Notes under the pieces: model-generated
What the model was told of the DNA's origin: nothing
Database searches by the model: none
The model's input: only the letters and a program-made list of their open reading frames with translations
Assembly: GCA_021650915.1 (NCBI GenBank)
Contig: CP091279.1
Coordinates: forward strand, 2,370,001-2,402,000
From: Candidatus Brocadia sp.
GTDB taxonomy: Bacteria; Planctomycetota; Brocadiia; Brocadiales; Brocadiaceae
Direction of reading: 5' to 3'
DNA length: 32,000 nucleotides
Part shown: in pieces, positions 1 through 9,886 of the stretch
Layout of the letters: every line of letters starts with the position of its first letter
Position numbering within the stretch: position 1 is the stretch's first letter
Program-made: the position numbers and the translations under genes

Positions 1-83
1 ATCCCAAGATCTTTTTATTGCTGATTCAAATTTCATGTTTCATGTCGAAGATTGTGCCATTTTTGTTTGATAACGATAAAACC

Positions 84-123
84 CACCTGCCGCTATGGAA
101 CGCAGCGGAATAGCGGTCAGGTG
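84..123 (-). terminator. Candidate rho-independent terminator after the minus-strand small ORF
   Basis: CACCTGCCGCTAT (84-96) pairs with ATAGCGGTCAGGTG (110-123), a 13-bp stem with one bulge. On the minus strand it is followed by GGTTTTATCG. It starts 10 nt after the stop at 133-135. Confidence 0.4.
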
Positions 124-132
124 CAGCGTTTA

Positions 133-270
133 TTAGGCTTTCTTCACCTTCGCTTTACGCTTTTTGGACAGCAGTGGAATCAAACAACGCAAAGCCCTAT
201 TTACAGACTCCGAATCTGGGAAGTACGCTCGGATATCCGGTTCAATAATAACTGCCCCCTTTTCTGGCAT
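133..270 (-). CDS. Small hypothetical ORF, 45 aa (MPEKGAVIIEPDIRAYFPDSESVNRALRCLIPLLSKKRKAKVKKA)
   Basis: My own translation of the minus strand; it is too short for the ORF track. It starts with ATG, ends in a basic tail, and is followed by the hairpin at 84-123. The RBS is weak (AAGAAG). The listed plus-strand ORF 52-339 is its antisense shadow. Confidence 0.3.
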   Translation of the reverse strand: MPEKGAVIIEPDIRAYFPDSESVNRALRCLIPLLSKKRKAKVKKA

Positions 271-376
271 AACTTCTTTATACTCGGGGAGTTCACAAAA
301 TGTGATTTTAGATTGATAGATTTACAAGGAACGATATGATTTTTAGTGAGCGAGTGTCTAATTGCATAAGTTTCTT

Positions 377-2093
377 ACCTAAATCCTGCAAACAAGGCAA
401 AGCCTTGTTGCAGGATTAGGTTAAAAATGGTAGAATCTCCAGGGGTTTCAAGGTATTGTAAGAACAAAAACACCGAAAAGGAGGTTCACCAATTCCATAA
501 AGACTATAGCACAAAACGAGGAGAGAAGACAACCGAAAATCAAGACGGAGATGAGTGGGAAGGGATTAACCGTGCATGCAGGACTCTTACCGGTACTGAC
601 TTTCATGGGGAAGTTGTTATTCAGACAGAGAGTGCAAGAGACAGTACGTAAGGAGCGGGGGGCAAATGCACGGTATCAGATGGTTGATGGTGTGCAAATG
701 GTCGTCGTGGGGTTGATAGCGGGAGCGACCTCGATGGTGCAGGTAGTGAAGGTGTGGTCGGATGAGGTACTGAAGAAGATACCGGGATGGAAAGAGATTC
801 CCGTCGATAGCACGATAGGGCGTATTATGAAGCTGGTAAGTCCGGGGGATATTGTGGAACTGACGGGGATAATCCATCGATTCCGGGGACAGGTGTGGAA
901 ACGGGCGGTGCGTTCAGGGCATACATTAAGAAGTGCGCTGAGCGATATGTGGATAGACGTTGATTCAACGGTGGACGGAGTCTATGGGGATCAGCAGGGT
1001 GCGGAAGTGGGATATAACCCCAAAAAGAAGGGACAGAAGGCGTATCATCCCATGATAGCATTTGTGGCAGAGACGAAAGAGATATTGCATAGTTGGTTTC
1101 GCTGCGGGAGCGCATACATGGGCAATGGGATTGTAGAGTTTATGAGGGAGTGTATGGCGTATACGAAGAAGCGGGTACGGGTGATCTTTCGGGGAGACAG
1201 TGGTTTTTTCTCGGGAGAGTTGCTGGATTACCTGGAGTCGGTATCCGCGGGATACCTTATCAAGGTGAAGCTGAAGAATCTGGTGGGGTTGCTCGAAGGG
1301 CAGAAGTGGGAGGCAGTGGAAGGGCATGCAGGGTGGGAGCAGGCAGATTTTACGTATCGGTGCGGTGAGTGGAATCGTGCAAGACGATTTGTGGCAGTAA
1401 AGAAGTTGATCAAAATCGAGAGAGGGGGGTTGTTTCCCATACCGGTGTATGAGTATTTCTGCTACGTTACGACGGAGCGGTTCGGTCCGATAGAAGCGCA
1501 TTGGTCGTATGGAAAGAGGGCGACCTGCGAGACGTGGATAGAAGAGTGTAAGAGTCAGATGAATGCGGGTCATCTGCGCACGGGTGAGTTTCTGGCAAAT
1601 GCGGCGTTATTTCAGTGTGCGGTGTTGGCGTATAACCTCTTGAAGTGGATGGCGCTGCTCACCGGAGGATTGGTGCAGCAGTGGGAAGTAAAGACGATGC
1701 GGTTGTGGTTGATTCGTGTTGCAGGGAAATTGACAAAGGGAAGCAGGCAGTTGACCTTAAAGTTGCCGGAGAAATTTCTTCATCAGGAAGAATGGCGGGC
1801 GTGGGAAGGCATGTCGCTGAGTGTGGCGTTCGGCTAGAAAGCAATTCTTGTCTTTGACTCCAGATATTTTGGGTGCTCAGAATGCAGCAGGTGAGGATGG
1901 TCTGTCTCCATCCCGGTTTTTGTTGCCCAGAATGGTTTTGGCAGGGCTATTTCCAGATTCTTATCGCCTGCCATGCCGCCCCGGGTAACTCCGCAAACCG
2001 TCAAATATTGAAGTCTATCACTGATTTTTGCATAGCAAAGGTATTATGGAAGGCCGATTTTCGCTACGCGAAAATCATTTGCAGAATTTAGGT
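377..2093 (+). mobile_element. IS1380-family insertion sequence (~1.7 kb)
   Basis: Terminal inverted repeats ACCTAAATCCTGCAAA (377-392) and TTTGCAGAATTTAGGT (2078-2093) match at 15/16. They enclose the IS1380-type transposase. I could not identify a flanking direct repeat. Confidence 0.8.
551..1837 (+). CDS. IS1380-family DDE transposase, 428 aa, apparently intact
   Basis: Long ORF whose N-terminus (HAGLLPVLTFMGKL...) and overall length and organisation are typical of IS1380-family transposases. It is bracketed by the IRs above. Confidence 0.9.
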   Translation: MSGKGLTVHAGLLPVLTFMGKLLFRQRVQETVRKERGANARYQMVDGVQMVVVGLIAGATSMVQVVKVWSDEVLKKIPGWKEIPVDSTIGRIMKLVSPGDIVELTGIIHRFRGQVWKRAVRSGHTLRSALSDMWIDVDSTVDGVYGDQQGAEVGYNPKKKGQKAYHPMIAFVAETKEILHSWFRCGSAYMGNGIVEFMRECMAYTKKRVRVIFRGDSGFFSGELLDYLESVSAGYLIKVKLKNLVGLLEGQKWEAVEGHAGWEQADFTYRCGEWNRARRFVAVKKLIKIERGGLFPIPVYEYFCYVTTERFGPIEAHWSYGKRATCETWIEECKSQMNAGHLRTGEFLANAALFQCAVLAYNLLKWMALLTGGLVQQWEVKTMRLWLIRVAGKLTKGSRQLTLKLPEKFLHQEEWRAWEGMSLSVAFG

Positions 2094-4157
2094 GTAAAGA
2101 GCTGGCGCATAAGCGAAAAGATTCGTTGTAAATCAGGGAGAAGAGGCGATAGGACGGGGTAATAATTTTGTAAAGTCTACAAAAAGATATCAAGAACGGC
2201 AGCATGAAAAGGCTTGTTTTTCAGGGGAGATGAAAAAATATTTGAAGAAAAGAGGGGAAAAATTACAAAATAGTCGTGCCCATCTTGTATAATAAATCAG
2301 GCAAACTATTCGAAATACCATACAAGGGAGGGCACAGTGAAATGATACCATTATTGAGGAACACAAGCCAGCAAAAACCATTATTCCATATCATTCATGA
2401 AGACGACAGATATTTGCTGAATACCGATGATGCGGAGTGGTTTCAGGTATTGTACCATTTTCGATACGAAAGATATGTGGGGTTTGGAGTAGACTATTAT
2501 AATGCGCTGCATGAATTTAACCAGAAGCAGGCCAGGGAGCGAGAAGAGCGAGGAGTTGAGGGGGAGAAAGATGCGAGGGAGACCAAGGAGGAAGCGCGGC
2601 AGAGATTGCTCTTTTCACGGGTAACCATGCAGGCAGAGGGTGAGAGAGGAGAAGGGGTTTTATTCGAGGTAAAAAGAGAAGATTTGTCGCTATCGGGGGT
2701 ATCTCCGGAGAGTATAGCGCCTGGCAAGGTGCCATTTCGATTTGGGGGGAAAAAGCCGAAGTGTTTTTTTGCTTTGCTGAAGAGTTTTATCGGTGCAACG
2801 ATAATGGGGTTTCCCGCCGAGCCGGAAAAGGTGTACCGGTTATTGAAGAGCAATCCCAGTTTTGCGCGGGTATGTGGATTTATTCCCAGACACGTCAGGG
2901 ACGAGTATTGCAGTGAGCACATACCAAGCCTTCGGAAGCTGGAGCAGTTTGACCAGATCATGAAAGAAAGCGGGATATGGGCGAGGATAAAAGTGGAAGA
3001 GGTGAAAGCGAACATAACGAGTGGGATCATAAGAAAGGAAAATGAGTTGGTGGGAGACACGACCCATTATTACGCGTATTCGGGCTTTGAGACCGTAGTA
3101 TATAAAGATGCGAGTGGCAAAGAGCAGAAGAAATCGCAGTCAAAGGTAACCAAGAGGTGTGGTTGCGAAGATAAGCAGGGGTGCAGTCATTCGTGGGGAT
3201 TGAGTGATGATGGGGCGGGGGACAATCGTAAAATCCGGGGGGAAGATGTATTGGGGTCACAAGGCAAGTGTGCTTGGGTATCCCCGTCAAGGGATACCCT
3301 TAGATGCGCGTGCGATAAAGGATGCGGCGACCTTTGATGGAATGACCTTATACCCGCACGTGAAGGAAGTCTTTGAGATGTATCCGGAGATTCAACCGTC
3401 GGTAGAAAGGGTATTGTATGATAGCGCAGGCGACAGTGATGAAATCAAGAAGAAATTCAGGGAGGATCTGGGTATAGAGGTAAAGGTGTCTTTCAATCCA
3501 AGAAGGAAAAAGGAGATCACGGAAGATTTGCCACGAGGAATAGACAAGATTACACCGTATGGTATTCCGGTGTGTAAGGCGGGATACGAGATGGAATATC
3601 AGGGGGATGAGATACGAACATGAGAAGTTTATCTATCAAGCGCCAAAGGATTCAGACAATGCGCCGGTATGTCGCGCTTGTTATCATCGCGAGGATTGTT
3701 GCCCAAACGCTACCGGTGGCAGGATAATCAATATCTCGTTTGATCTCTTGCCACACATAGACCCCAAAGACCCTCCGATGGCGAAGAGGTACAAGGCCAT
3801 CATGTCCCGTCGTCCTGCGGTGGAAAGGATGATAAAACGGTTGAAGTGTGACTTTGGGGATGATCGGCTCACGAAGCGGGGAAACGATTCGTTCCAGGCA
3901 TACCTGGATAAAACCATGATTGCGTTTCATGTCTTGTTAAGAAACTAAATCTGGTTTTCAGCGTAAAAGAGTCGTCGTGTGGAGGGATGGTACGTCTGGA
4001 ATTCGGCTTATTTGGTCTGGTGTCCTCTGACGAATCGTTTTTCTCTCTCTTTGACCTCGTTTTTGAGTGAAATCCGTTTCTCTGTCAATGCACACATGAT
4101 GCAGTTCCGCCTTTTCATGGCTTGTTTTTTAGTTTATGCGCAGGCTCTAAATCTTAC
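2094..4157 (+). mobile_element. IS4/IS5-superfamily-like insertion sequence (~2.05 kb); ends approximate
   Basis: AGAGCTGGCGCATAAG (2098-2113) matches the reverse complement of TTTATGCGCAGGCTCT (4133-4148) at 14/16. A second subterminal motif, ACGAATC(G)TTTT, occurs near both ends. The repeats enclose the fragmented transposase. Boundaries are uncertain by about 10 bp and no TSD was seen. Confidence 0.5.
2276..3948 (+). pseudogene. DDE transposase (DDE_Tnp_1-like C-terminus) split into three frames by two frameshifts
   Basis: ORFs 2276-3337, 3204-3623 and 3559-3948 read on from one another (…GLSDDGAG/TIVKSGGKMYWGHKAS…, …GYEMEYQG/MRYEHEKFIYQ…). Candidate catalytic motifs are GDTTHYY, YDSAGDSD and ERMIKRLKCDFG. 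Deleting one G from the G5 runs at 3217-3221 and 3602-3606 joins the frames. Confidence 0.75.
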
Positions 4158-4539
4158 TTGGATGTTGCCTGGAATGCCTACAAAGCAATGCATGGACATG
4201 AAATAACTTTTAGTATTAAATCATTACCAACTGAATTGGATATTGATGCAACATTTGAGGAATTAAGAAAAGTTGTTAAAAGGGGAAGAAATCCGGCAAG
4301 TTTGATGACAAGACTGGGATTGTCAAAATCGGCCAAATTAATTTTTGATATAGTAAAGGTTGACGACCACGGCCTTATTACAGAAGAAAGAATTACCGTT
4401 ACTCAATCGTATCTTTCTTATCTAAGACTTCTCAAGAAAATTCGCGTTACGTGGAATCTGAGTATTACAACAATTATAGATGAGCCTGATATAGATATTG
4501 AGTCCTCAATGCCCCTTGCTCACATAGATGATTTTATTA

Positions 4540-4641
4540 TTAAGTGTCTCATAATTGTATTGATTCGTCGTATGCTTTTCTTCTCCAATATTGAAGCGCT
4601 AAACGGACAGCTTAATGTGTGTTCTATTATGAGACGATTAA
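4540..4641 (+). mobile_element. 102-bp MITE, copy 1 (IS630/Tc1-mariner-type ends, TA duplication)
   Basis: TIRs are TTAAGTGTCTCATAAT and ATTATGAGACGATTAA. TA flanks both sides (4538-4539, 4642-4643). It is 100/102 identical to the reverse complement of 30114-30215. Confidence 0.85.
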
Positions 4642-4811
4642 TAAGCGATTCTGTTATGTTATAGAATGGAAAGATAATTATTTTGAGAAAATTAAAAAGA
4701 CGATTTTACCTCTTGACTGTCCAGAACAAAGTTTTCACAGGGAATCTGATATCAAGAAATACCTTAAGATTTTACATGGGCAGTCTGCAATAATCGAAAA
4801 ATACAAAAATA

Positions 4812-6146
4812 GGGTTCTTCTCCCAATTAGTCAATAAGAATTGAGAAGAAAATCCTTTAAATCAGTGAAAAGAGTGGACATTTGGTGTTTCCTATAGATA
4901 GATATATACCGTTCTATAAACTATTTACAGGAGACCAGCAATGTCCACGTTAAGTATATTACCATATTTTCCTTTTCAGCGGGTAAGAATTACGCAGCAA
5001 ACTGTTTTTCCTGATGCTGAGATATCTCAGCTTACTGCCGTGCCCGATGAACGATTTCGTCCAATATGTCATGCGTGTAGCAGCAAGGCACAGCGCATTT
5101 ACCGCCATGACAAACGATCTTTGCGGGATCTGAATCGTGGTTCAGTTCGCGTATGGATAAATTGTTCGTATCGTAAGATTGCCTGTGAGCCGTACAATAG
5201 AATCGTAGTTGAAGACTTAGGGTTTTTTTCAACCCTACAGTCGTGTTACGCATCGTTTAGCAGCGTATATTCACGAATTGTGTAAAGTGTTAACCGTAAC
5301 CGAAGTTGCAAAACATTTTGGAATTAACTGGAAAACCGTAAAAACCATCGATACGTTTTTTCTGGAACGACAATACGCGCAGACAGATTATCAGAATCTT
5401 CGCATACTGGCAGTAGACGAAATCTCTGTTAAGAAGGGACAGCGCTATTTGACCGTTGTTCTGGACTATCTGAGTGGCCGCGTAGTCTGGGTGGGAAAGG
5501 AAAGAACAAAAGAAACGCTGGGAACCTTCTTTGCGGGTATGACAGAGGAACAAAGGCAGGCGCTTGAGGCCATTGCCATGGATATGTGGGATCCTTATAT
5601 TCATGCAGTAAAAAAGCACGTGCCTCATGTTAAGATAGTCTTTGACCTGTTTCATGTGGTTTCAAGTTTTGGTAAAGTTATTGACAAGGTGAGAAATGCT
5701 GAATATCAAAAAGCATCGAAGAAGGATAAGGACATCATCAAGGGTTCAAAATATCTTTTGTTAAAAAACAAACGAAATATTCGCAGGAAAAAACACCGAG
5801 AACATCTCAAACAGCTCTTGTCGCTCAATGAAACCATAAATACCGTTCTGATTCTTAAAGATAAACTCAAACATATTTGGACCTATACCTCACGGACGTG
5901 GGCGAGAAAAGCCATTGATGTAGCGAAAACACTAAACTATTCTGTCGTGAATAAGTTTGCAAATATGCTTACAAAATACCGCTACGGAATCTTGAATCAC
6001 TGCGATTATAAAATTCATACCAGTAAACTCGAAGGGGTTAATAATAAGATCAAAGTTATCAAAAGAAAAGCTTATGGATTTCATGACGAACGGTACTTTT
6101 CATTAAAAATTATACAAGCTTTTGCAAACTAATTGGGAGAAGAACC
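4812..6146 (+). mobile_element. ISL3-family insertion sequence, copy 1 (~1.33 kb)
   Basis: IRs are GGTTCTTCTCCCAATTAG (4813-4830) and CTAATTGGGAGAAGAACC (6129-6146), a perfect 18 bp. AAATA is present on both flanks (4807-4811, 6147-6151). Confidence 0.9.
4941..6132 (+). pseudogene. ISL3-family transposase with a +1 frameshift and a 12-bp deletion relative to copy 2
   Basis: ORFs 4941-5285 and 5278-6132. The T run at 5223-5229 is T7, where copy 2 has A6 on the other strand (29407-29412). AIDVAKTL here corresponds to AIDEWSLLAKTL in copy 2. Typical ISL3 motifs are present (LAVDEISVKKGQRYLTVV, TSKLEGVNNKIKVIKRKAYGF). Confidence 0.85.
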
Positions 6147-6251
6147 AAATAAGGAAAAGGCGCTTGATGGCCTCTGGAAATTTCTCGATGCCGAAGGGAT
6201 TAAGAACTCACTATAATTAAGAACCAAATAAAAGTAAAAATCACAATAAGC

Positions 6252-6289
6252 GTACTTATTTATCCAGCTTCATTTGGATAAATAAGTAC
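6252..6289. promoter_or_regulatory. Perfect 15-bp-stem hairpin/palindrome upstream of the aldehyde dehydrogenase gene
   Basis: GTACTTATTTATCCA (6252-6266) and TGGATAAATAAGTAC (6275-6289) are separated by an 8-nt loop. No T tract follows, so this looks more like an operator or structured site than a terminator. Confidence 0.4.
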
Positions 6290-6444
6290 CGACGAAGCGT
6301 ATTTATCCCAAACAACAATTATGGCTTGTTAAAATACTTATCACTTTAATACGAACACGAATAAATCCGGTGGAACTTGCTCTACAAAGAATAAAGAATT
6401 TTAAACCGGAAGGAAAATAATTTAATGCATGCGAAGGAGTATCT

Positions 6445-7962
6445 ATGATCTACAAGGAACCGAATACACAAGGAAGTCTTGTTACTTTCAAGTCATCATA
6501 TGACAACTATATCGGCGGAAAATGGGTTGCTCCTGCAGGTGGAGAATATTTTGAAGATATTTCTCCGGTGAACGGAAAACCCTTTACGAAGGTTGCGCGA
6601 TCGAAAAAAGAGGATATTGAACTTGCCCTGGATAAGGCGCATGAAGCAAGAGTGCAATGGGGACACATATCTGTTGCTGAACGGAGCAATATCCTTCTCA
6701 AAATTGCAGACCGGATGGAGGCAAACCTCGAAAAACTTGCGGTTGCGGAGACATGGGAAAACGGCAAGCCGGTACGTGAGACCCTGGCGGCCGATCTGCC
6801 CCTGGCAATCGATCACTTCCGCTACTTTGCCGGCGTGATAAGGGGTGAGGAAAGCGGCATGTCTGAGATTAACGCACAGACCGTTTCGTATCATCTCAAG
6901 GAACCCATTGGCGTAGTGGGCCAGATTATCCCTTGGAACTTCCCGTTGCTCATGGCGGCATGGAAACTGGCGCCCGCCCTGGCAGCCGGTAATTGCGTGG
7001 CGCTCAAGCCTGCGGAGCAGACCCCGGTTACCATCTTGCTGCTAATCGAGCTTGTGGAAGACCTTCTGCCGCCTGGAGTGGTCAATATCGTCAACGGTTT
7101 CGGTATAGAAGCAGGCAAACCGCTGGCATCGTCCTCACGGGTGGGGAAGGTGGCCTTTACGGGTGAAACGACTACCGGTCGTCTCATCATGCAGTACGCC
7201 TCAGAAAACATCATCCCGGTTACCCTCGAACTGGGAGGGAAATCGCCGAATATCTTTATGGAAAATGTTCTGAGGGAGAAGGATGCCTTTGCTGAAAAGT
7301 GCCTGGAAGGTTTTGCCATGTTTGCATTGAACCAGGGGGAGGTGTGTACGTGTCCCTCCCGTGCGCTGATCCAGGAATCGATTTACGATGAATTTCTGCA
7401 GCAGGTATTACGGCGTGTCAGCAGGATAAAGGTCGGCAATCCGCTGGATACGGATACCATGATGGGGGCGCAGGCGTCCAGAGATCAGTATGAGAAGATC
7501 ACCCATTACCTCGATGTCGGTAAGCAGGAGGGTGCCAGATGTCTTACTGGCGGTAAACCGTATCTCAGTAAGGAATATCCCGGTGGTTATTATATTGAGC
7601 CGACCATCTTCGAAGGGAATAATAAGATGCGGGTCTTTCAGGAAGAGATTTTTGGGCCAGTAGTCTCCGTTACAAAATTTAAGGATGAGAAGGAGGCGGT
7701 GGAGCTGGCAAACGACGTTCTGTATGGTCTGGGTGCAGGTTTGTGGACGCGGGACATGCATCAGGCCTACCAGGTGGCGCGGCAGATCGAGGCGGGCAGG
7801 GTCTGGATAAACTGCTATCATCTGTATCCGGCGCATGCGGCATTTGGCGGGTACAAGCAGTCAGGCATTGGCCGTGAGACACATAAGATGATGCTGGAAC
7901 ATTACCGACGGACGAAAAACCTGCTCGTATCATACGACAAGAATCCCATGGGGTTTTTTTAA
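6445..7962 (+). CDS. NAD(P)+-dependent aldehyde dehydrogenase, AcoD/AldB type, 505 aa
   Basis: Full-length ALDH with catalytic motifs ELGGKSP and EVCTCPSR. The N-terminus ([19 protein letters not shown]) is characteristic of acetaldehyde dehydrogenase II. AAGGAG RBS at 6433-6438. Confidence 0.95.
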   Translation: MIYKEPNTQGSLVTFKSSYDNYIGGKWVAPAGGEYFEDISPVNGKPFTKVARSKKEDIELALDKAHEARVQWGHISVAERSNILLKIADRMEANLEKLAVAETWENGKPVRETLAADLPLAIDHFRYFAGVIRGEESGMSEINAQTVSYHLKEPIGVVGQIIPWNFPLLMAAWKLAPALAAGNCVALKPAEQTPVTILLLIELVEDLLPPGVVNIVNGFGIEAGKPLASSSRVGKVAFTGETTTGRLIMQYASENIIPVTLELGGKSPNIFMENVLREKDAFAEKCLEGFAMFALNQGEVCTCPSRALIQESIYDEFLQQVLRRVSRIKVGNPLDTDTMMGAQASRDQYEKITHYLDVGKQEGARCLTGGKPYLSKEYPGGYYIEPTIFEGNNKMRVFQEEIFGPVVSVTKFKDEKEAVELANDVLYGLGAGLWTRDMHQAYQVARQIEAGRVWINCYHLYPAHAAFGGYKQSGIGRETHKMMLEHYRRTKNLLVSYDKNPMGFF

Positions 7963-7963
7963 A

Positions 7964-7992
7964 AACCAGGAGAAAGATTTCCTCTGGTTTTC
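7964..7992 (+). terminator. Weak candidate terminator after the aldehyde dehydrogenase gene
   Basis: AACCAG (7964-7969) pairs with CTGGTT (7984-7989) and is followed by TTTTC. The stem is short, so support is modest. Confidence 0.3.
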
Positions 7993-8193
7993 GGTGCATT
8001 GGGCGCACATTGAATAAATTTGAGAACGGAGACAGAAACCAAGGCTAGGAAATTCCTGCTTGAGAGCAACCATTCAGCGGGATATTTTGCATCCGTTTCC
8101 TATTCTAAAAATGATACCTGGTTTGCCTTACGAAACCCCGCAACGATGAGGCTCCTGCACAACCCGGCGCATCAAGACTGCCGGAGACCGTGC

Positions 8194-9783
8194 TCAGTTT
8201 CCCCCGAATAAACCGTCACTACTGATCTTTTGGGCATAGATGTCCCAATAAGTCTTGTCTTTCTGACGACTATCCTGCCAGACAAAGATTGCACCGCCCA
8301 TTCCGTCACCCGCTAACATGGGAAAACACTGGGTGTCAAAAGCTGCAGAAACGGCAATGCCTTTTTTTTCCCATAAAGGAAGGCCATTCCGGTCAAGCCG
8401 TTGCGCATACACATCAAAATCAGCCGGTGCCATACGGTTATCGTTCCATGTCAAGATTGCCCCCTGATTGCCATCACTGATTATCGATACGCGGTTTTGA
8501 ATGCCGGATTCGATACAGACGGGCATGCCATTTTTTCCCCACGTGACAGCGCCAGCAAGGTCCACGTGCTGGGCATAAACATTGAAATCACCACTGCGCA
8601 TATCCCACCAAGCGCACACGGCGCCACCGGCTCCGTCAGAAGTAATTACCGGATAATTCTGGTTTCCCGGCGCGGTGCATAAAGGAACGCCATTATCCAG
8701 CCACTGCGCAGCCCCATTCCCATCGATTTGCTGCACGAAGATGTCGTTATTATTAGTGCCGTTACGGGTATCGATCCAGGCCACAATCGCCCCTTCCGCC
8801 CCGTTACTTACGGCAACGGCAAAACTTTCATGCCCCTGGGCAGTACAAACCGCCGCCCCCCATTTGTCCCAGCGGATAGCTCCGCCTCCGTCTATGCGCT
8901 GTGCATAGATATCCGCATAATTTCTCCGGAAGTCCTGCCACACAACAATAGCGCCACCCGTCCCGTCAGATACGATTTCCGGCGCGTTTTGTGCGCCCAT
9001 TACACCACAAATAAGCACTCCGTTTTTTTCCCAGAGGGATTCCCCGTTTTTATTCAGGCGCTGACCATAGAGATCCGCGTAGTTCGTCCGGAAATCCTCC
9101 CAAATAATAATCGCTCCCCCTGCACCATCTGATACGATGCAGGGGCTATTCTGTTCTTTCACCTCATCACAGACCGGGATACCATCTTTTTCCCATAAAG
9201 GGCTTCCCTCTGCACTAATGCGCTGGGCATAGATATCGTAATTACTGATGCCGTTTCGCATATCATGCCATACAAGAATAACGCCACTGTTACCGTCGCT
9301 TATCATTCGCAGCCGTTTTTGATTCTCCGGGGCAGTGCAAACCGGGACGCCATCCTCCTGCCAGAGGACTTTTCCCTGCGCGTCAACACGTTGAACATAA
9401 ATATCAAAATGGACGTCTCGCGCGTCTTCCCATGCAATAATCGCCCCACCAGCGCCATCGCTGATTATCTGCGGAGAACTCTGCTGGGCTGGAGCCGTAC
9501 AGATTGCCGTATTTTCCCGCGAATGGAAAGACCATGCAGCCATGGACAAATGCTGGCAGGATACGGTAAAAAGGACGATGGCTATGAACGAGATGGGTAT
9601 TAATCGGGATATTGCCCTGAAGAAATTACCGAGAGATATCATTCCTTTTTCGCACATGGTTTCCTGCGCCTCTTCATTCGGCGCGGCAAAAGAAAATTGG
9701 TAACCGCTGCGTTGCACTGTCGTGGTATTCATAAAATTATTCAGAGTATTCATGCATTCTTTATATTCAGAAACGGAAGACAC
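8194..9783 (-). CDS. Secreted or membrane-anchored repeat protein of unknown function: 8 tandem ~52-54 aa repeats, beta-propeller-like
   Basis: The repeat consensus is SDGxGGAIxxWxDxRxxxxDIYAQRxxxxGxxxWxxxGxxVCxAxxxQxxPxI, seen eight times. A hydrophobic N-terminal segment (LIPISFIAIVLFTVSC) is present. The listed start is GTG; internal starts (MCEKG, MISLG) are equally possible. Confidence 0.8.
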   Translation of the reverse strand: MSSVSEYKECMNTLNNFMNTTTVQRSGYQFSFAAPNEEAQETMCEKGMISLGNFFRAISRLIPISFIAIVLFTVSCQHLSMAAWSFHSRENTAICTAPAQQSSPQIISDGAGGAIIAWEDARDVHFDIYVQRVDAQGKVLWQEDGVPVCTAPENQKRLRMISDGNSGVILVWHDMRNGISNYDIYAQRISAEGSPLWEKDGIPVCDEVKEQNSPCIVSDGAGGAIIIWEDFRTNYADLYGQRLNKNGESLWEKNGVLICGVMGAQNAPEIVSDGTGGAIVVWQDFRRNYADIYAQRIDGGGAIRWDKWGAAVCTAQGHESFAVAVSNGAEGAIVAWIDTRNGTNNNDIFVQQIDGNGAAQWLDNGVPLCTAPGNQNYPVITSDGAGGAVCAWWDMRSGDFNVYAQHVDLAGAVTWGKNGMPVCIESGIQNRVSIISDGNQGAILTWNDNRMAPADFDVYAQRLDRNGLPLWEKKGIAVSAAFDTQCFPMLAGDGMGGAIFVWQDSRQKDKTYWDIYAQKISSDGLFGGN

Positions 9784-9886
9784 AACGGCCTTCCTGAAAA
9801 GTTTGAAGGGAGGAAGGGATCGGGATTTTTCACAATGACCTCCTTTTCCCTGCGCCTGATCGCTGAAAGAAAAGCCAGAAGGCCTT

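Larger units (their letters stand above)
4188..6216 (+). pseudogene. AT-rich hypothetical gene (194 aa when reconstructed), interrupted by a MITE and by ISL3 copy 1
   Basis: Joining 4188-4539, 4644-4811 and 6152-6216 gives 585 nt, an uninterrupted 194-codon ORF plus stop (…AHIDDFIKRFCYVIEWKDNYF…IIEKYKNKEKALDGLWKFLDAEGIKNSL*). I recognise no family. Confidence 0.6.

Noticed and set aside
52-339. 95-aa plus-strand ORF at the window start
   Set aside because: It has no recognisable motifs. It runs antisense to a small minus-strand ORF and straight through that ORF's terminator hairpin.
965-1573. 202-aa minus-strand ORF, with similar long antisense ORFs at 6891-7319, 7408-7836, 20455-21102, 14676-15122 and 27471-28172
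   Set aside because: Each is fully embedded antisense in a gene with strong family motifs. These are typical shadow frames, not independent genes.
6220-6231. AGAACCAAATAA recurs 79 bp downstream of the ISL3 right end (6141-6152), possibly a footprint of an earlier insertion
   Set aside because: Only 12 nt match, the sequence is AT-rich, and no further IR sequence is present. It is compatible with chance.
8194-9783. A DNA-level tandem repeat or satellite with ~156-162-bp periodicity
   Set aside because: The periodicity exists only at the protein level. The nucleotide copies are diverged and lie within one long ORF, so this is a repeat-domain protein and not a DNA repeat element.
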